Below are positions 48,949 through 58,599 of a stretch of DNA of 64,000 nt, piece by piece. The stretch spans positions 32,001 through 96,000 of the forward strand of contig JAEOSZ010000066.1 in the NCBI GenBank assembly GCA_016840095.1, in the 5' to 3' direction. This DNA is from Candidatus Heimdallarchaeota archaeon (GTDB lineage: Archaea > Asgardarchaeota > Heimdallarchaeia > Heimdallarchaeales > Heimdallarchaeaceae). The translations under genes and the position numbers were made by a program. Position 1 is the stretch's first letter. Every line of letters starts with the position of its first letter. Below the pieces are notes generated by a model. That model had not been told where the DNA came from, did no database searches, and saw only the letters and a program-made list of their open reading frames with translations.

Positions 48949-49451
48949 GTGAAGATAAAGTCAAAGCTCAAGCAAAAGTAGTTATGGTTGATGATATTGA
49001 TACTGATCAAATATTTCATCAATCTTTATTAACGATTCACGATCCTGAAGAAATAAAACCACATATTTTTGGTAATTTGAAAGGATATGAAAACTTCGGG
49101 AAAGAAGAGAATACAGGAAAAATACTTTTGGTTGGTAAGAATTTTGGTAAAGGATCGACAAGGCAGCAAGCTGTTACAGGTTTTCTAGCCCATGGAATTA
49201 AAGCTATAATTGGTGAGTCTTTTGGTCCCATTTACTACAGTAATGCTGTAAATTCAGGATTACTTCTGGTTGAAGCTCCAGAAATTTCTCAATTTGATGT
49301 TAAAGAAGATGATGAACTTGAGATAGATATAAATCAATCAAGGATTACAAATTTGAAAAATAATAATAGCATAAAATGTGCTAAAATACCCCAACCAGTT
49401 TTAGATATTATGAAAGCAGGTGGACTTCTAAAACTTGGAGAAAAATTGTAA
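48945..49451 (+). CDS. Aconitase-family (LeuD/HacB-like) small subunit with variant motif
   Basis: DDIDTDQI and NFGKGSTRQQA (canonical GCGSSREHA); ATGA overlap with the large subunit. Confidence 0.88.
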   Translation: MSEDKVKAQAKVVMVDDIDTDQIFHQSLLTIHDPEEIKPHIFGNLKGYENFGKEENTGKILLVGKNFGKGSTRQQAVTGFLAHGIKAIIGESFGPIYYSNAVNSGLLLVEAPEISQFDVKEDDELEIDINQSRITNLKNNNSIKCAKIPQPVLDIMKAGGLLKLGEKL

Positions 49452-49454
49452 TGT

Positions 49455-51314
49455 GTGAGAGAAATGAGTGGAAAAACATTTTCAGAAAAACTTTTTTCTT
49501 TAAAATCAAACAAAGATGTTAATGCAGGTGATATCGTTTATGCTGAACCAGATTTAACCCTATCACATGATAATTCAGCATCAATAGAGAAAACTTTTCA
49601 AAAAATGGGTGGATCAAAAATCAAATATCCGGAGCGATTAGTAATTGTTCTTGATCATGATTCTCCTCCCACAAGTGCTAAAATAGCAAATGATCATAAG
49701 AATATTAGAGAATTAGTTAGAAAACAAAATATCATTAACTTCTATGATGAGGGAAAAGGAATTTGTCACCAGCTAATGTCGAATCATGCAAAACCCAATA
49801 TGCTAGTTGTAGGTTCAGATTCACATACTTGTACAAGTGGAGCATTTTCAACTTTTGCTGCTGGAATTGATAGAACTGAAACAGCAGGATTATGGTTAAC
49901 AGGAAAGACTTGGTTTAGAGTTCCTGAAACTATTAAAGTTGTGTTAAACGGAAAATTACCTCTAGGTGTTTATGCTAAAGATATAGCATTATGGTTAATG
50001 AATAAAGTAGGGGCTTCTGGAGCTACATATTATGCAATAGAGTTTCATGGTGATGGTGTCGAAACTTTGTCAATATCTGAAAGAATGACACTAGCTAATC
50101 TAGCTTCTGAAATGGGTGCAAAAACAGCAATATTCCCACCAGATCAGATCTTAATCAACTGGTTAAAAAACAAGTATGCTTCAATCAAGATAATAGAAAA
50201 TGAACTGATTTGGTCAGACGACGATGCAATATTTCAATCAGAAATTACATTGGATTTGGATAGTCTTGAACCATTAGTTGCTATTCCACATCAAGTAGAC
50301 AATGTTCAATTCGTAAAAAAACTTGAGGAAATAAGTATAGATCAAGTTTTTCTTGGTACTTGTACAAATGCTCGTTTAGACGATCTGGAAATTGCAGCAG
50401 GGATTATTAAAGATAAAAAAGTAAAGGAAGGAGTAGTATTTCTTGTAGCTCCTGCATCAAATAAAGTCTACCTCGAAGCATTAGAAAAAGGTGTAATCAA
50501 AACACTAGTTGAAGCAGGAGCAACTATACTTTCATGCAGTTGTGGTCCTTGTTTAGGAAAAGGTCAAGGGATACCTGCAGATGACTGGATTGTTTTATCT
50601 ACAGCTAATAGGAATTTTCTAGGTAGAATGGGAAATAAAAATGCGAAGATATTCTTAGCTTCTCCCGCTACAATTGCAGCATCTGCAATCGAGGGAAAAA
50701 TCACAGATCCTAGAATCTTCTTGACTTCAGAATCAATAGATTATGAAACTAAAATTAAGTTACAATCCAGAGACGTAGAATCTCAAGTATTTGAAATTAC
50801 TCAACAAGATGACAGGTCGTTTCAGAATATCTGGGATTATAGTGACATAGATGATTTCAATACAGATTTAATGTTTGCTGGTGGTCTTACATATGATATT
50901 AAATCTTCAGATGGAGAAAAGATTGTTCCTCATTTATTCAAGGGTTTAGATGAAAAATTTGCGGATAGAGTTAAAGAAGAAGACATAGTTGTTGGAGGAA
51001 ATAATTTTGGATGCGGTTCATCTAGAGAACATCCTGCTGTAGGTCTTGCTGCAGCTGGTGTGAAAGCTGTTATTGTAAAATCAGTATCCAGAATTTTCTA
51101 TAGATCAGCAATTAACCAAGGATTACCAATAATTGTGCATCAAGAATTTGTTGAAAAATTTGATAGGAATCTACAAACAACTATAGATTTAGAAAATGGA
51201 CAAATTGTCAATGGTAACCAGATTTACACATTTCCAAAACTACCTAATGAATTACTACAAATATTTACAGCTGGAGGACTTATCAAGTATTATAGCAAAA
51301 AATACTCGAAATAG
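49455..51314 (+). CDS. Fused large+small homoaconitase/isopropylmalate-isomerase-like dehydratase
   Basis: LDH, GICHQ, DSHT, GTCTN, CGPC and NRNF.GRMG, followed by a swivel domain with NTD and NFGCGSSREH. Confidence 0.92.
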   Translation: MREMSGKTFSEKLFSLKSNKDVNAGDIVYAEPDLTLSHDNSASIEKTFQKMGGSKIKYPERLVIVLDHDSPPTSAKIANDHKNIRELVRKQNIINFYDEGKGICHQLMSNHAKPNMLVVGSDSHTCTSGAFSTFAAGIDRTETAGLWLTGKTWFRVPETIKVVLNGKLPLGVYAKDIALWLMNKVGASGATYYAIEFHGDGVETLSISERMTLANLASEMGAKTAIFPPDQILINWLKNKYASIKIIENELIWSDDDAIFQSEITLDLDSLEPLVAIPHQVDNVQFVKKLEEISIDQVFLGTCTNARLDDLEIAAGIIKDKKVKEGVVFLVAPASNKVYLEALEKGVIKTLVEAGATILSCSCGPCLGKGQGIPADDWIVLSTANRNFLGRMGNKNAKIFLASPATIAASAIEGKITDPRIFLTSESIDYETKIKLQSRDVESQVFEITQQDDRSFQNIWDYSDIDDFNTDLMFAGGLTYDIKSSDGEKIVPHLFKGLDEKFADRVKEEDIVVGGNNFGCGSSREHPAVGLAAAGVKAVIVKSVSRIFYRSAINQGLPIIVHQEFVEKFDRNLQTTIDLENGQIVNGNQIYTFPKLPNELLQIFTAGGLIKYYSKKYSK

Positions 51315-51324
51315 GGAGATAAAG

Positions 51325-52638
51325 ATGAGATTATATGAACATGAAGCAAAGCAGATTTTTAGTCAGTACGACATTCAAATACCTAAGCAAATAGCAGTTA
51401 TAGAAAAAATAGAGGATTTGGAAGAATTATCTATAGATTTTCCAATCATGATAAAAGCCATGGTTTTGATTGGGGGCAGAGGAAAAGCTGGAGGGATAAA
51501 AAAAGCAGAAACCATTGAAGAAGCTAAACAAATAATCAAAGAGATGCTTGAACTAACTATACATGGTTACCCCATCGAGAAAATTTTACTTGAAAAAACA
51601 GTTACAATTGCAAATGAGATCTATTTAGCCATAACTACTGATCCAGCCACGTTTGATATTGTTTTAGTAACCTCAGCAAAGGGAGGTATTGATATTGAAG
51701 AGGTTGCTAAAACTGAACCTGAAGAGATATTTAAGAAATTCTTGAAGCATAATGAGAAGTCATTGCCCTCTGAGATTGGTAAAGAAGCTGTAGAATTTCT
51801 ATTAAGAAAGAATCAAGAATTAAAATCAGTTACCGAAAAACTACAAAGAACAATAGATCGACTATATTCCGCTTTTCAAGGAGCAGAAGCAAAAATCTGT
51901 GAGATTAACCCACTGATAGTTACCAAAGATAACGAAATAATTGCAGCAGATGCAAAGTTTGTTATTGATGATAACAGTTTGTACAGACAGACTCCTCTGT
52001 TGAAATCTATTGAAATAAATCCTGAAAGCAAAAGGCATGATGTCTCTGAGCAGACACAATATGAAGCTAAAGCATATCAAATTGGTTTTCCTTTTCTTGA
52101 TTTGCTTGCCAATCCTGAGAATTTCAAAAAAGATGAAGAGAAATTATATGTTGGATTAGTTCCTGGAGGAGCTGGTTATGGAATATTTTCCATAGATGAA
52201 ATTGTTAATGTTGGAAATCGGTATTTTGACGGTAAAGTAGTTCCGATTAACTTTATGGATAGTGGTGGTGGTCCCTCTATAAGTAAGGTAGCTGATATGT
52301 TTCATCTCCTAATGGATCATCCAGCTACTGATTTGATTATTACAAGTCGTTTTGGAGGTATATCAAGCTGTGATGTCTTCATTCAGGGATTAATTATGTC
52401 TTTAAGAGATAGATTTATTGCAAAAAAACGTATGATTCCTGTTTTTGGTAGAATGGTTGGAACTGATTTAGCTGCAGCAAAAGCATTTCTAGAAAAAGCT
52501 AAACGTGAAACACCCGATCCATTAGAAGACCTACATATCGTAGTTGGAAATCAAAAAATAATGGCTGATGTCATTAAAGATGGTATTGAGTATGGATTCA
52601 AAGCGAAAAAACAAAACATTGGTTTGGAGGGTGATTAA
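51325..52638 (+). CDS. ATP-grasp acyl-CoA synthetase beta subunit (SucC / citryl-CoA synthetase / ACL-like)
   Basis: MRLYEHEAK after a GGAG SD, GGRGKAGG, GGIDIEEVA, EINPL, ADAK...DDN...RQ, NF.D.GGG and FGGI..CD. Confidence 0.9.
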   Translation: MRLYEHEAKQIFSQYDIQIPKQIAVIEKIEDLEELSIDFPIMIKAMVLIGGRGKAGGIKKAETIEEAKQIIKEMLELTIHGYPIEKILLEKTVTIANEIYLAITTDPATFDIVLVTSAKGGIDIEEVAKTEPEEIFKKFLKHNEKSLPSEIGKEAVEFLLRKNQELKSVTEKLQRTIDRLYSAFQGAEAKICEINPLIVTKDNEIIAADAKFVIDDNSLYRQTPLLKSIEINPESKRHDVSEQTQYEAKAYQIGFPFLDLLANPENFKKDEEKLYVGLVPGGAGYGIFSIDEIVNVGNRYFDGKVVPINFMDSGGGPSISKVADMFHLLMDHPATDLIITSRFGGISSCDVFIQGLIMSLRDRFIAKKRMIPVFGRMVGTDLAAAKAFLEKAKRETPDPLEDLHIVVGNQKIMADVIKDGIEYGFKAKKQNIGLEGD

Positions 52639-54783
52639 ATGGCACAAATAGAAAAACTCGCAGTTGATCAAGGGCTTCTTTATTATTTTATTAAACAAGT
52701 GCGTCCAGAACTTGCACAGAAAATATCAGAACAAAAAACAATTGAAACAATGATTGTAGGGTTAGGAAGACAAGGTACTAGACATGCACAACTCATGATG
52801 GAATATGGAACTAATGTTACATGTGGGTTAGCACCAGGTAGAGGTGGAACTACTGTTCATGAGACAATTCCTGTTTACAATACAGCAAAAGAAGCTTTAC
52901 AAAACCACCCAAATATAGCTGTTGCAAGCATATGGAAACACTATTCCTCAGCTAAAGAAGCAACTATAGAAATTATCCGTGCTGGTATCCCTATAGTTGT
53001 TTTAATCTCAGAATTTATTCCTCTAAAGGATGTTAGAGACATTCTTGTAGAAGCTAGAAAACACAAAACAATCTTATTTGGAGGAAATACTCCAGGAATT
53101 ATATTCCCACCTGAAGGAATAAAGGTCGGTATGCTTCCTGACATCTTTCAAGCTCAAGAAGAAGAAACAAAGATTGGTCCCAAAGGTGTCACAATATTGT
53201 CCAGAAGCGGTGCTATCCTTTACCATTTATCAGATGCTCTTGCTAGTGCTGGTATTGCACAAAATGGAGTACTTGGAGTTGGTGGAGATGGTGCAATAGG
53301 TTCCCGATTTGTAGATTTGGTTTCGAGAATAATGAGTTATGAACACACAGAATTAGTTGTAATTGCAGGTGAGATAGGTGGTATGCAAGAGGAATTACTT
53401 GCAGAAGATATGATCGCACATCCAAAGAATTATCCAAAACCTCTAGTTGCTCTTATTTCAGGAGCTAACGCACCAGTTGGCAAAACTATGGGGCACGCTG
53501 GAGCTGTAATTTCTCCTGGACAAGTTTATGGTACTTACCAATCTAAAAGAGAATCTCTAGAAAAAGCTGGAGTAACAGTTATCAATCACCAAAGAGATCT
53601 AATTGAAGCTGTAAAATCAAAATTGAACAAGACATATTTTGATATTGAAAAATATTATGAAAAAATGAGAAAGAAATGGGATGCCAGACCACCAGTAGAA
53701 ACCTGGGGAACATTAATAACCAATGTGATGCCAAACAACTTGATTATTCGAGGTTATCCATTACAAGAGATAATTGCAAAAAAGGGTCTTCTTGAAACCT
53801 CACATTTGTTGATAAAAGGTGAATTTCCAAATGAAGTTCAACTTAAAGATCTTGAAAACATCGCAAAAGAAGCTATCAAACAAGAACTCAAAGATTATAG
53901 TTCAATTACTATAAGTTCTGATATCTCTAAAAGTCTTGGAACCTTTATGTTATTCGATGAGCAACTAGCTGAATTTGTTATGTCTAATTCTGAAGAAACA
54001 AAAATTGCAGCTTATACCCTAGGAAGGGTTTTGAAATATTTCTCTTGTATTCTTGGAAACTTAGATGATTTAGAGGTTTCTTCAACTATAAATTCATCTT
54101 TCTCAGAGATGATATACAAGGGGTTAACTGGAGAGTCAAATCCTGATTCTGATAAAATTAGATTATTAGAAGCAATGATTACAGCTTGTGTTGATCATGG
54201 TGTCACACCACCATCAGCTCAAACAACCCTAATATTGGCATCAACTAGAGCAAATTACGAGGTGGCAGTAGCAGGTGGTTTACAAGCTATAACTGATGTT
54301 CATGGTGGAGCGGGTCAAAAAGCAGCTAAATTCTTCTTATCAATCATAGATAAATCGGAAAAAGAAAACAAAGAACTTGAAGAATCTACCTTCGAAATGA
54401 TAAAAGAAACCATCAAAACAGGGAAACGAATAGAAGGATTAGGTCACCGTATCCATACAAAAGATCCTAGAAGAGATGTGTTATGGAATCTTGCAGAAAA
54501 AGCAGGATATGCAAAAGGTTGTGTTGAAGTTTCAAAAATGATAAGTTCGGTTTTCCATCGAGTAAGAGGAATGAATCTTCCCATCAATGTGGATGGAGTG
54601 ATTGCTGCAATTACAGCTGATATGGGATTAAATCCAAAATTAGCAAAAGTAATCTTTGTATTAGGTAGAACAGCTGGATTAGCTGCACATTATTTCGAAG
54701 AAGTAAATACTCAACCTCAAATGAGAAGAATAGAATTCAGCAAAGCTACATACAAAGGACAACCTTTTCGAGAAGTTAAATGA
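52639..54783 (+). CDS. SucD-like alpha subunit fused to a citryl-CoA lyase (citrate synthase fold); ATP-citrate-lyase-like
   Basis: GGNTPG, SRSG, GEIGG..E and phospho-His MGHAGA, then DHG..PPS, HGGA, GHR.H..DPR and NVDG. Confidence 0.9.
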   Translation: MAQIEKLAVDQGLLYYFIKQVRPELAQKISEQKTIETMIVGLGRQGTRHAQLMMEYGTNVTCGLAPGRGGTTVHETIPVYNTAKEALQNHPNIAVASIWKHYSSAKEATIEIIRAGIPIVVLISEFIPLKDVRDILVEARKHKTILFGGNTPGIIFPPEGIKVGMLPDIFQAQEEETKIGPKGVTILSRSGAILYHLSDALASAGIAQNGVLGVGGDGAIGSRFVDLVSRIMSYEHTELVVIAGEIGGMQEELLAEDMIAHPKNYPKPLVALISGANAPVGKTMGHAGAVISPGQVYGTYQSKRESLEKAGVTVINHQRDLIEAVKSKLNKTYFDIEKYYEKMRKKWDARPPVETWGTLITNVMPNNLIIRGYPLQEIIAKKGLLETSHLLIKGEFPNEVQLKDLENIAKEAIKQELKDYSSITISSDISKSLGTFMLFDEQLAEFVMSNSEETKIAAYTLGRVLKYFSCILGNLDDLEVSSTINSSFSEMIYKGLTGESNPDSDKIRLLEAMITACVDHGVTPPSAQTTLILASTRANYEVAVAGGLQAITDVHGGAGQKAAKFFLSIIDKSEKENKELEESTFEMIKETIKTGKRIEGLGHRIHTKDPRRDVLWNLAEKAGYAKGCVEVSKMISSVFHRVRGMNLPINVDGVIAAITADMGLNPKLAKVIFVLGRTAGLAAHYFEEVNTQPQMRRIEFSKATYKGQPFREVK

Positions 54784-54792
54784 ATTGTATAA

Positions 54793-55614
54793 ATGGAGAA
54801 AGTGATGAAAGATTTAGTATTTGAGATAATTGGAGACATTCTAATAATCAGAGAAGATACGGATGAAATCTCTTTGAAAGAATTTGCAGAAGAAAAAATC
54901 CAAAAACATCCATTTATCAAATCTGTTTTACTTCAAACTTCTAAAATTCAAGGACAGGAGCGAAAAAGAGATCTAAAATATGTTATGGGGGAGAAAAAAT
55001 CGGAAACAACCCATAAAGAACATGGAAATTCCTTCTTAGTTGATTTATCAGAAGTATTTTTTTCCCCACGTTTGAGCTATGAGAGACAAAGAGTTGCAGA
55101 TTCAGTTGAGAAAAATGAAATAATTCTAAACTTCTTTTCAGGAGTTGGTCCTTTCAGTATTGCTATAGCTTCAAAATGCAAATCATGTGTTATACACAGC
55201 ATTGAAATAAATAAAGCAGCATATGATTATCTTATCAGAAACATCGAATTAAACAAGTGCCAACATGAAGTTATTCCATATCTAGGAGATGCTTTTGATA
55301 TAGTTCCAAAAATGTTTATAGGTAGCGTTAACAGAGTTTTACTTCCTCTACCTTTAGATTCAGACAAGGCCCTTCCAATAGCCCATCAATCATTACAAAA
55401 TGGAAGCGGCATTATTCATTGGCAAATTACTGAGAAAACCAGTTTAAAGAAAATCGACAAGAATATTATAAATAACAGAATCAAAAATATCCCTTATTTT
55501 TCTAACAACTCTATAAATTATGAAATTACTGAATTAAGATTGATAAGATGGTTAGGACCAAAGATAGCACATATTGCCGTAGATTTGAGTTTCATAGCTC
55601 GTGAACACTACTGA
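54793..55614 (+). CDS. Trm5/Tyw2-family tRNA-modifying SAM-dependent transferase
   Basis: FEIIGDI, HKEHG..F.VD...VFFSPRL..ER.R, F.GVGPFSI, EIN and N..LN. Confidence 0.88.
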   Translation: MEKVMKDLVFEIIGDILIIREDTDEISLKEFAEEKIQKHPFIKSVLLQTSKIQGQERKRDLKYVMGEKKSETTHKEHGNSFLVDLSEVFFSPRLSYERQRVADSVEKNEIILNFFSGVGPFSIAIASKCKSCVIHSIEINKAAYDYLIRNIELNKCQHEVIPYLGDAFDIVPKMFIGSVNRVLLPLPLDSDKALPIAHQSLQNGSGIIHWQITEKTSLKKIDKNIINNRIKNIPYFSNNSINYEITELRLIRWLGPKIAHIAVDLSFIAREHY

Positions 55615-56023
55615 CATAATCTGCAAATTCTTCAAGTTCTTTAAAGTGTTTTTCAGAAGTAAAAATAAACTCATTTGAACTATCTATATCATATAAGATC
55701 TGTAAGATATCCTGAAGAAATACTTTCTTACTACTAATCAAGATATCAAAATTAGCAATTAAGCATACAGTATTCTTTAAAGCATTCAAAGCATCAAAAA
55801 ATGTATTCATAACACTGTCCTTATCATTCCTAGATTCAACCGTAATATAAGGAATATTTACTTCTTCAAAATTTGTAGTTAAAGAGAAGTGGTCATCAAT
55901 TAATATTATTGATACAAGTTTTGAGTGTCCTTTGGCCCTTAAAATAGTTCCTAATCCCACAAGAAATGCTTTTTCTCTGTCACCAAAATAATAGTGGACT
56001 AAGGAAAGATTAGTCATAAACAT
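55592..56023 (-). CDS. Degenerate CobA/BtuR-type corrinoid adenosyltransferase-like protein
   Basis: LVHYYFGD...GL...RAKGH and ELEEFADYVS match the CobA/BtuR termini, but the GKGKT P-loop is lost. Confidence 0.5.
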   Translation of the reverse strand: MFMTNLSLVHYYFGDREKAFLVGLGTILRAKGHSKLVSIILIDDHFSLTTNFEEVNIPYITVESRNDKDSVMNTFFDALNALKNTVCLIANFDILISSKKVFLQDILQILYDIDSSNEFIFTSEKHFKELEEFADYVSSVHEL

Positions 56024-56030
56024 CTACTTA

Positions 56031-57437
56031 CTAATTTGATTGGCTTCGTAACTTTGTTAAATATCGTTTATAACCATCTAGAGTGTCTTCAACTCTTAGC
56101 ATGTGTCTTTCAGCTTTAATACGCAATTCCTGCCATTCTTCTTCATCTATTTTTTCTGAATTAAGAGCATGTTCAAGCTGCTGTATTCTCTCTACTGCTT
56201 TTTGTCTTCTTGTTTCTAGATGTTTAATTACATTTTCAATATCTTCAAACTGAACTGGTGCTGCATCAACCTCGCCTGCCTCTTCTTCAATAATTTTAGT
56301 AAGAGCGGACTTTTCATCTGTTTCAATATCTTTATCCTTTGATACATGAGCAATTGTTTCTTTTATTGTTGATACAAAATCAGCTGCTGTCTCTCTATGT
56401 TCAGGTGTTGACAATACATTGCTTAATCGGGAAACAGAAGTACGAAATTCTTGAACTTCAACAATTTCCTCTTCACTTAAACCTTCTTCAGTAATTATTC
56501 CTTCTTCAATAGTAGGAGTGCTTATTGGTGTAGTTTCCCCTTCTTCATCACTTATAGACATGAGTTTTTCTGTTAGTGGGGATATTACACTATCGTCTCC
56601 AGGATCTAGAGCAGATAATAAGTTAGCTAGTTCTTTCAGAGCTTCTTGTTCAGATTCAATATTTTGCATGAAAGGTTCTTGCTCAAATTCATATTGGGAT
56701 GCAAGTTCTATACCTTCAATCAAATCCTTAGCATCATCAACCATAGCTTTGTCAGGTTTTTTAGTTACTTCTTCAACCGCTTCTAATGGTTCAGGTTCAA
56801 TAGGAACTGATTCAACTTCAACTTCTTCAATAATTTCAGGTTCTGTAAGTTCCTCAATTTCTGGTTTTTCAGTTTCGGTTTCAAGTTGTTCCTCAAAAAC
56901 TTCAACATTAGTTTGAGGTTGTTTCTTTTCCTCTGTTATTTTGATAGGTTTTTGTTTAGATGGTTCAGGTTCAATGATTTGAATGCCATCTTTTTGGAGT
57001 TGAATCAATGCTGAAGTTTGATGTTTTATTTTCTTGATTTCTTCACTTATAGAATTGATTTGAAACTCCAAAGTCTCAAGTTTTGCATTAACAAACTGTA
57101 GTTTATCTTCTTCAGTTCCACTGAATCTATGATACTCAATTTGCAGCATATTAGCATATGTTATAACATTATAAACTGTATCAATCATTTCTGGCAATTC
57201 TCGAAACCAAGGTCCTGCACTATCGAATTTCAGAAGAACATCCTTTGCTGTTGAGAAATGTTTTTCGTATTCTTTCTGTTGTTCTGGAGGAAGACATGTC
57301 TTAACAAATGAAGAAAGTGTTGCTAAATTTGTGATAAGATGTGCTTTGACATCCTCCTCTTCTTCTGGGTTGAATCTACCTTTCAAAACACCCCAGAACA
57401 TTTTTTTGATTTCTTCAATTGCTTTTTCAAGACTCAT
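56031..57437 (-). CDS. Hypothetical protein: helical N-domain, coiled coil, acidic low-complexity linker and C-terminal coiled coil
   Basis: 468-aa ORF with an E/P-rich middle and heptad patterns. Confidence 0.75.
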   Translation of the reverse strand: MSLEKAIEEIKKMFWGVLKGRFNPEEEEDVKAHLITNLATLSSFVKTCLPPEQQKEYEKHFSTAKDVLLKFDSAGPWFRELPEMIDTVYNVITYANMLQIEYHRFSGTEEDKLQFVNAKLETLEFQINSISEEIKKIKHQTSALIQLQKDGIQIIEPEPSKQKPIKITEEKKQPQTNVEVFEEQLETETEKPEIEELTEPEIIEEVEVESVPIEPEPLEAVEEVTKKPDKAMVDDAKDLIEGIELASQYEFEQEPFMQNIESEQEALKELANLLSALDPGDDSVISPLTEKLMSISDEEGETTPISTPTIEEGIITEEGLSEEEIVEVQEFRTSVSRLSNVLSTPEHRETAADFVSTIKETIAHVSKDKDIETDEKSALTKIIEEEAGEVDAAPVQFEDIENVIKHLETRRQKAVERIQQLEHALNSEKIDEEEWQELRIKAERHMLRVEDTLDGYKRYLTKLRSQSN

Positions 57438-57439
57438 GA

Positions 57440-58453
57440 TTAAAACCCTAGATTAATCGTTCTTCGTTTTGTGAAATCGGGAAGTAATGAAGGTTCCACA
57501 TAAACTTTATCTGTTTTCAAGTCATCCTTCAATTGAATAACTACATCGAGTTTATCTTTTGAATCAACATTCCAGAAGTACAAGGAAGGTTTTATTCCAG
57601 ATCGGGAATACTCATCCAATACTGAAAATGAACCTACTAAATGTTGATATTCAGGGGTGTTCTTTGCTGGAAATATTTCGCTCCAAGGATTAACATGAAT
57701 TATTATGTTGTTAGTGATTTTTGCTAATTCTGTGATATTTTGACCAAAGAACTCATTAGCACCTGTAATAAAACCTGTTTCTCTATCTGCTTTAAGTACA
57801 ATTGAGATATCGATATTTTTGATTCCTTTCACAGAATCTGTAATTTCCTTCAAAGTTTGGTTAACATAAGTAGACCTCTCGTCATTCCAATTTATCATTA
57901 AGTCTCTTGATTCAAGATATTCAAAACTAAAATCTCTTTCAATGTTCCACTTGCTAGCAAACAATCTTCTGCACCTATCACAGAAACAGGTCTTTTTACT
58001 AGCTAACATTAGGTCATCTAAGATTAAACCTTCAATAGGATATTGGGCAACTTCTGATGCTATAGCTGCTGAGTATTTAACCATATTTTCTTGGCTGGGG
58101 CAAGCGTATGAATCGATTTTTGCTCCATCACTGCTGTTTAGTTGAAAATCAGCGTTTTGTGAAAGAAAATTGTCGCCATGAACATAAGTGATTGCATCCA
58201 CTTTAATTCCCATGTTATCTGCAATGGTACAAAATGAATGAAAGAATACACCATTGATATTATCTTTTGGAGCGCTAATGCTTTGGTAAAAAGTATATCC
58301 TGATCTTCCTTTTGCTACCAAAGAAATTACATCCAGAATATGTCCATAATGATCTAAGAAATCATCGGGGTTTGTTTGAATTACAGTTGGATCAACAACC
58401 AATATTGCTCCACTTTCTAGTATTTCCTGAAGTATATCTGTCACCATAATCAC
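57440..58453 (-). CDS. Glycoside-hydrolase-like TIM-barrel protein with CxCxxC motif
   Basis: ACPS...Y.IEGLILDD...CFCDRCRRLF pattern, as in GHL10/GH42-like proteins. Confidence 0.6.
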   Translation of the reverse strand: MIMVTDILQEILESGAILVVDPTVIQTNPDDFLDHYGHILDVISLVAKGRSGYTFYQSISAPKDNINGVFFHSFCTIADNMGIKVDAITYVHGDNFLSQNADFQLNSSDGAKIDSYACPSQENMVKYSAAIASEVAQYPIEGLILDDLMLASKKTCFCDRCRRLFASKWNIERDFSFEYLESRDLMINWNDERSTYVNQTLKEITDSVKGIKNIDISIVLKADRETGFITGANEFFGQNITELAKITNNIIIHVNPWSEIFPAKNTPEYQHLVGSFSVLDEYSRSGIKPSLYFWNVDSKDKLDVVIQLKDDLKTDKVYVEPSLLPDFTKRRTINLGF

Positions 58454-58599
58454 GATGCTATTTTTAATATGATAAACTCATTTCGCCTTATTAAAAGTTT
58501 GTTAGAGGATTATCTCTCTTTTCGTTAAAAGGAGAAGTAGAAAAATGAAAAAAGATATACTTATCTTGAAATTATAAATCTTAAAATTATAGAAATTAA

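Noticed and set aside
51196-51324. N-terminal extension of the ATP-grasp subunit overlapping the fused aconitase
   Set aside because: The family-typical start MRLYEHEAK at 51325 has its own GGAG SD, so there is no need to invoke an overlap or frameshift.
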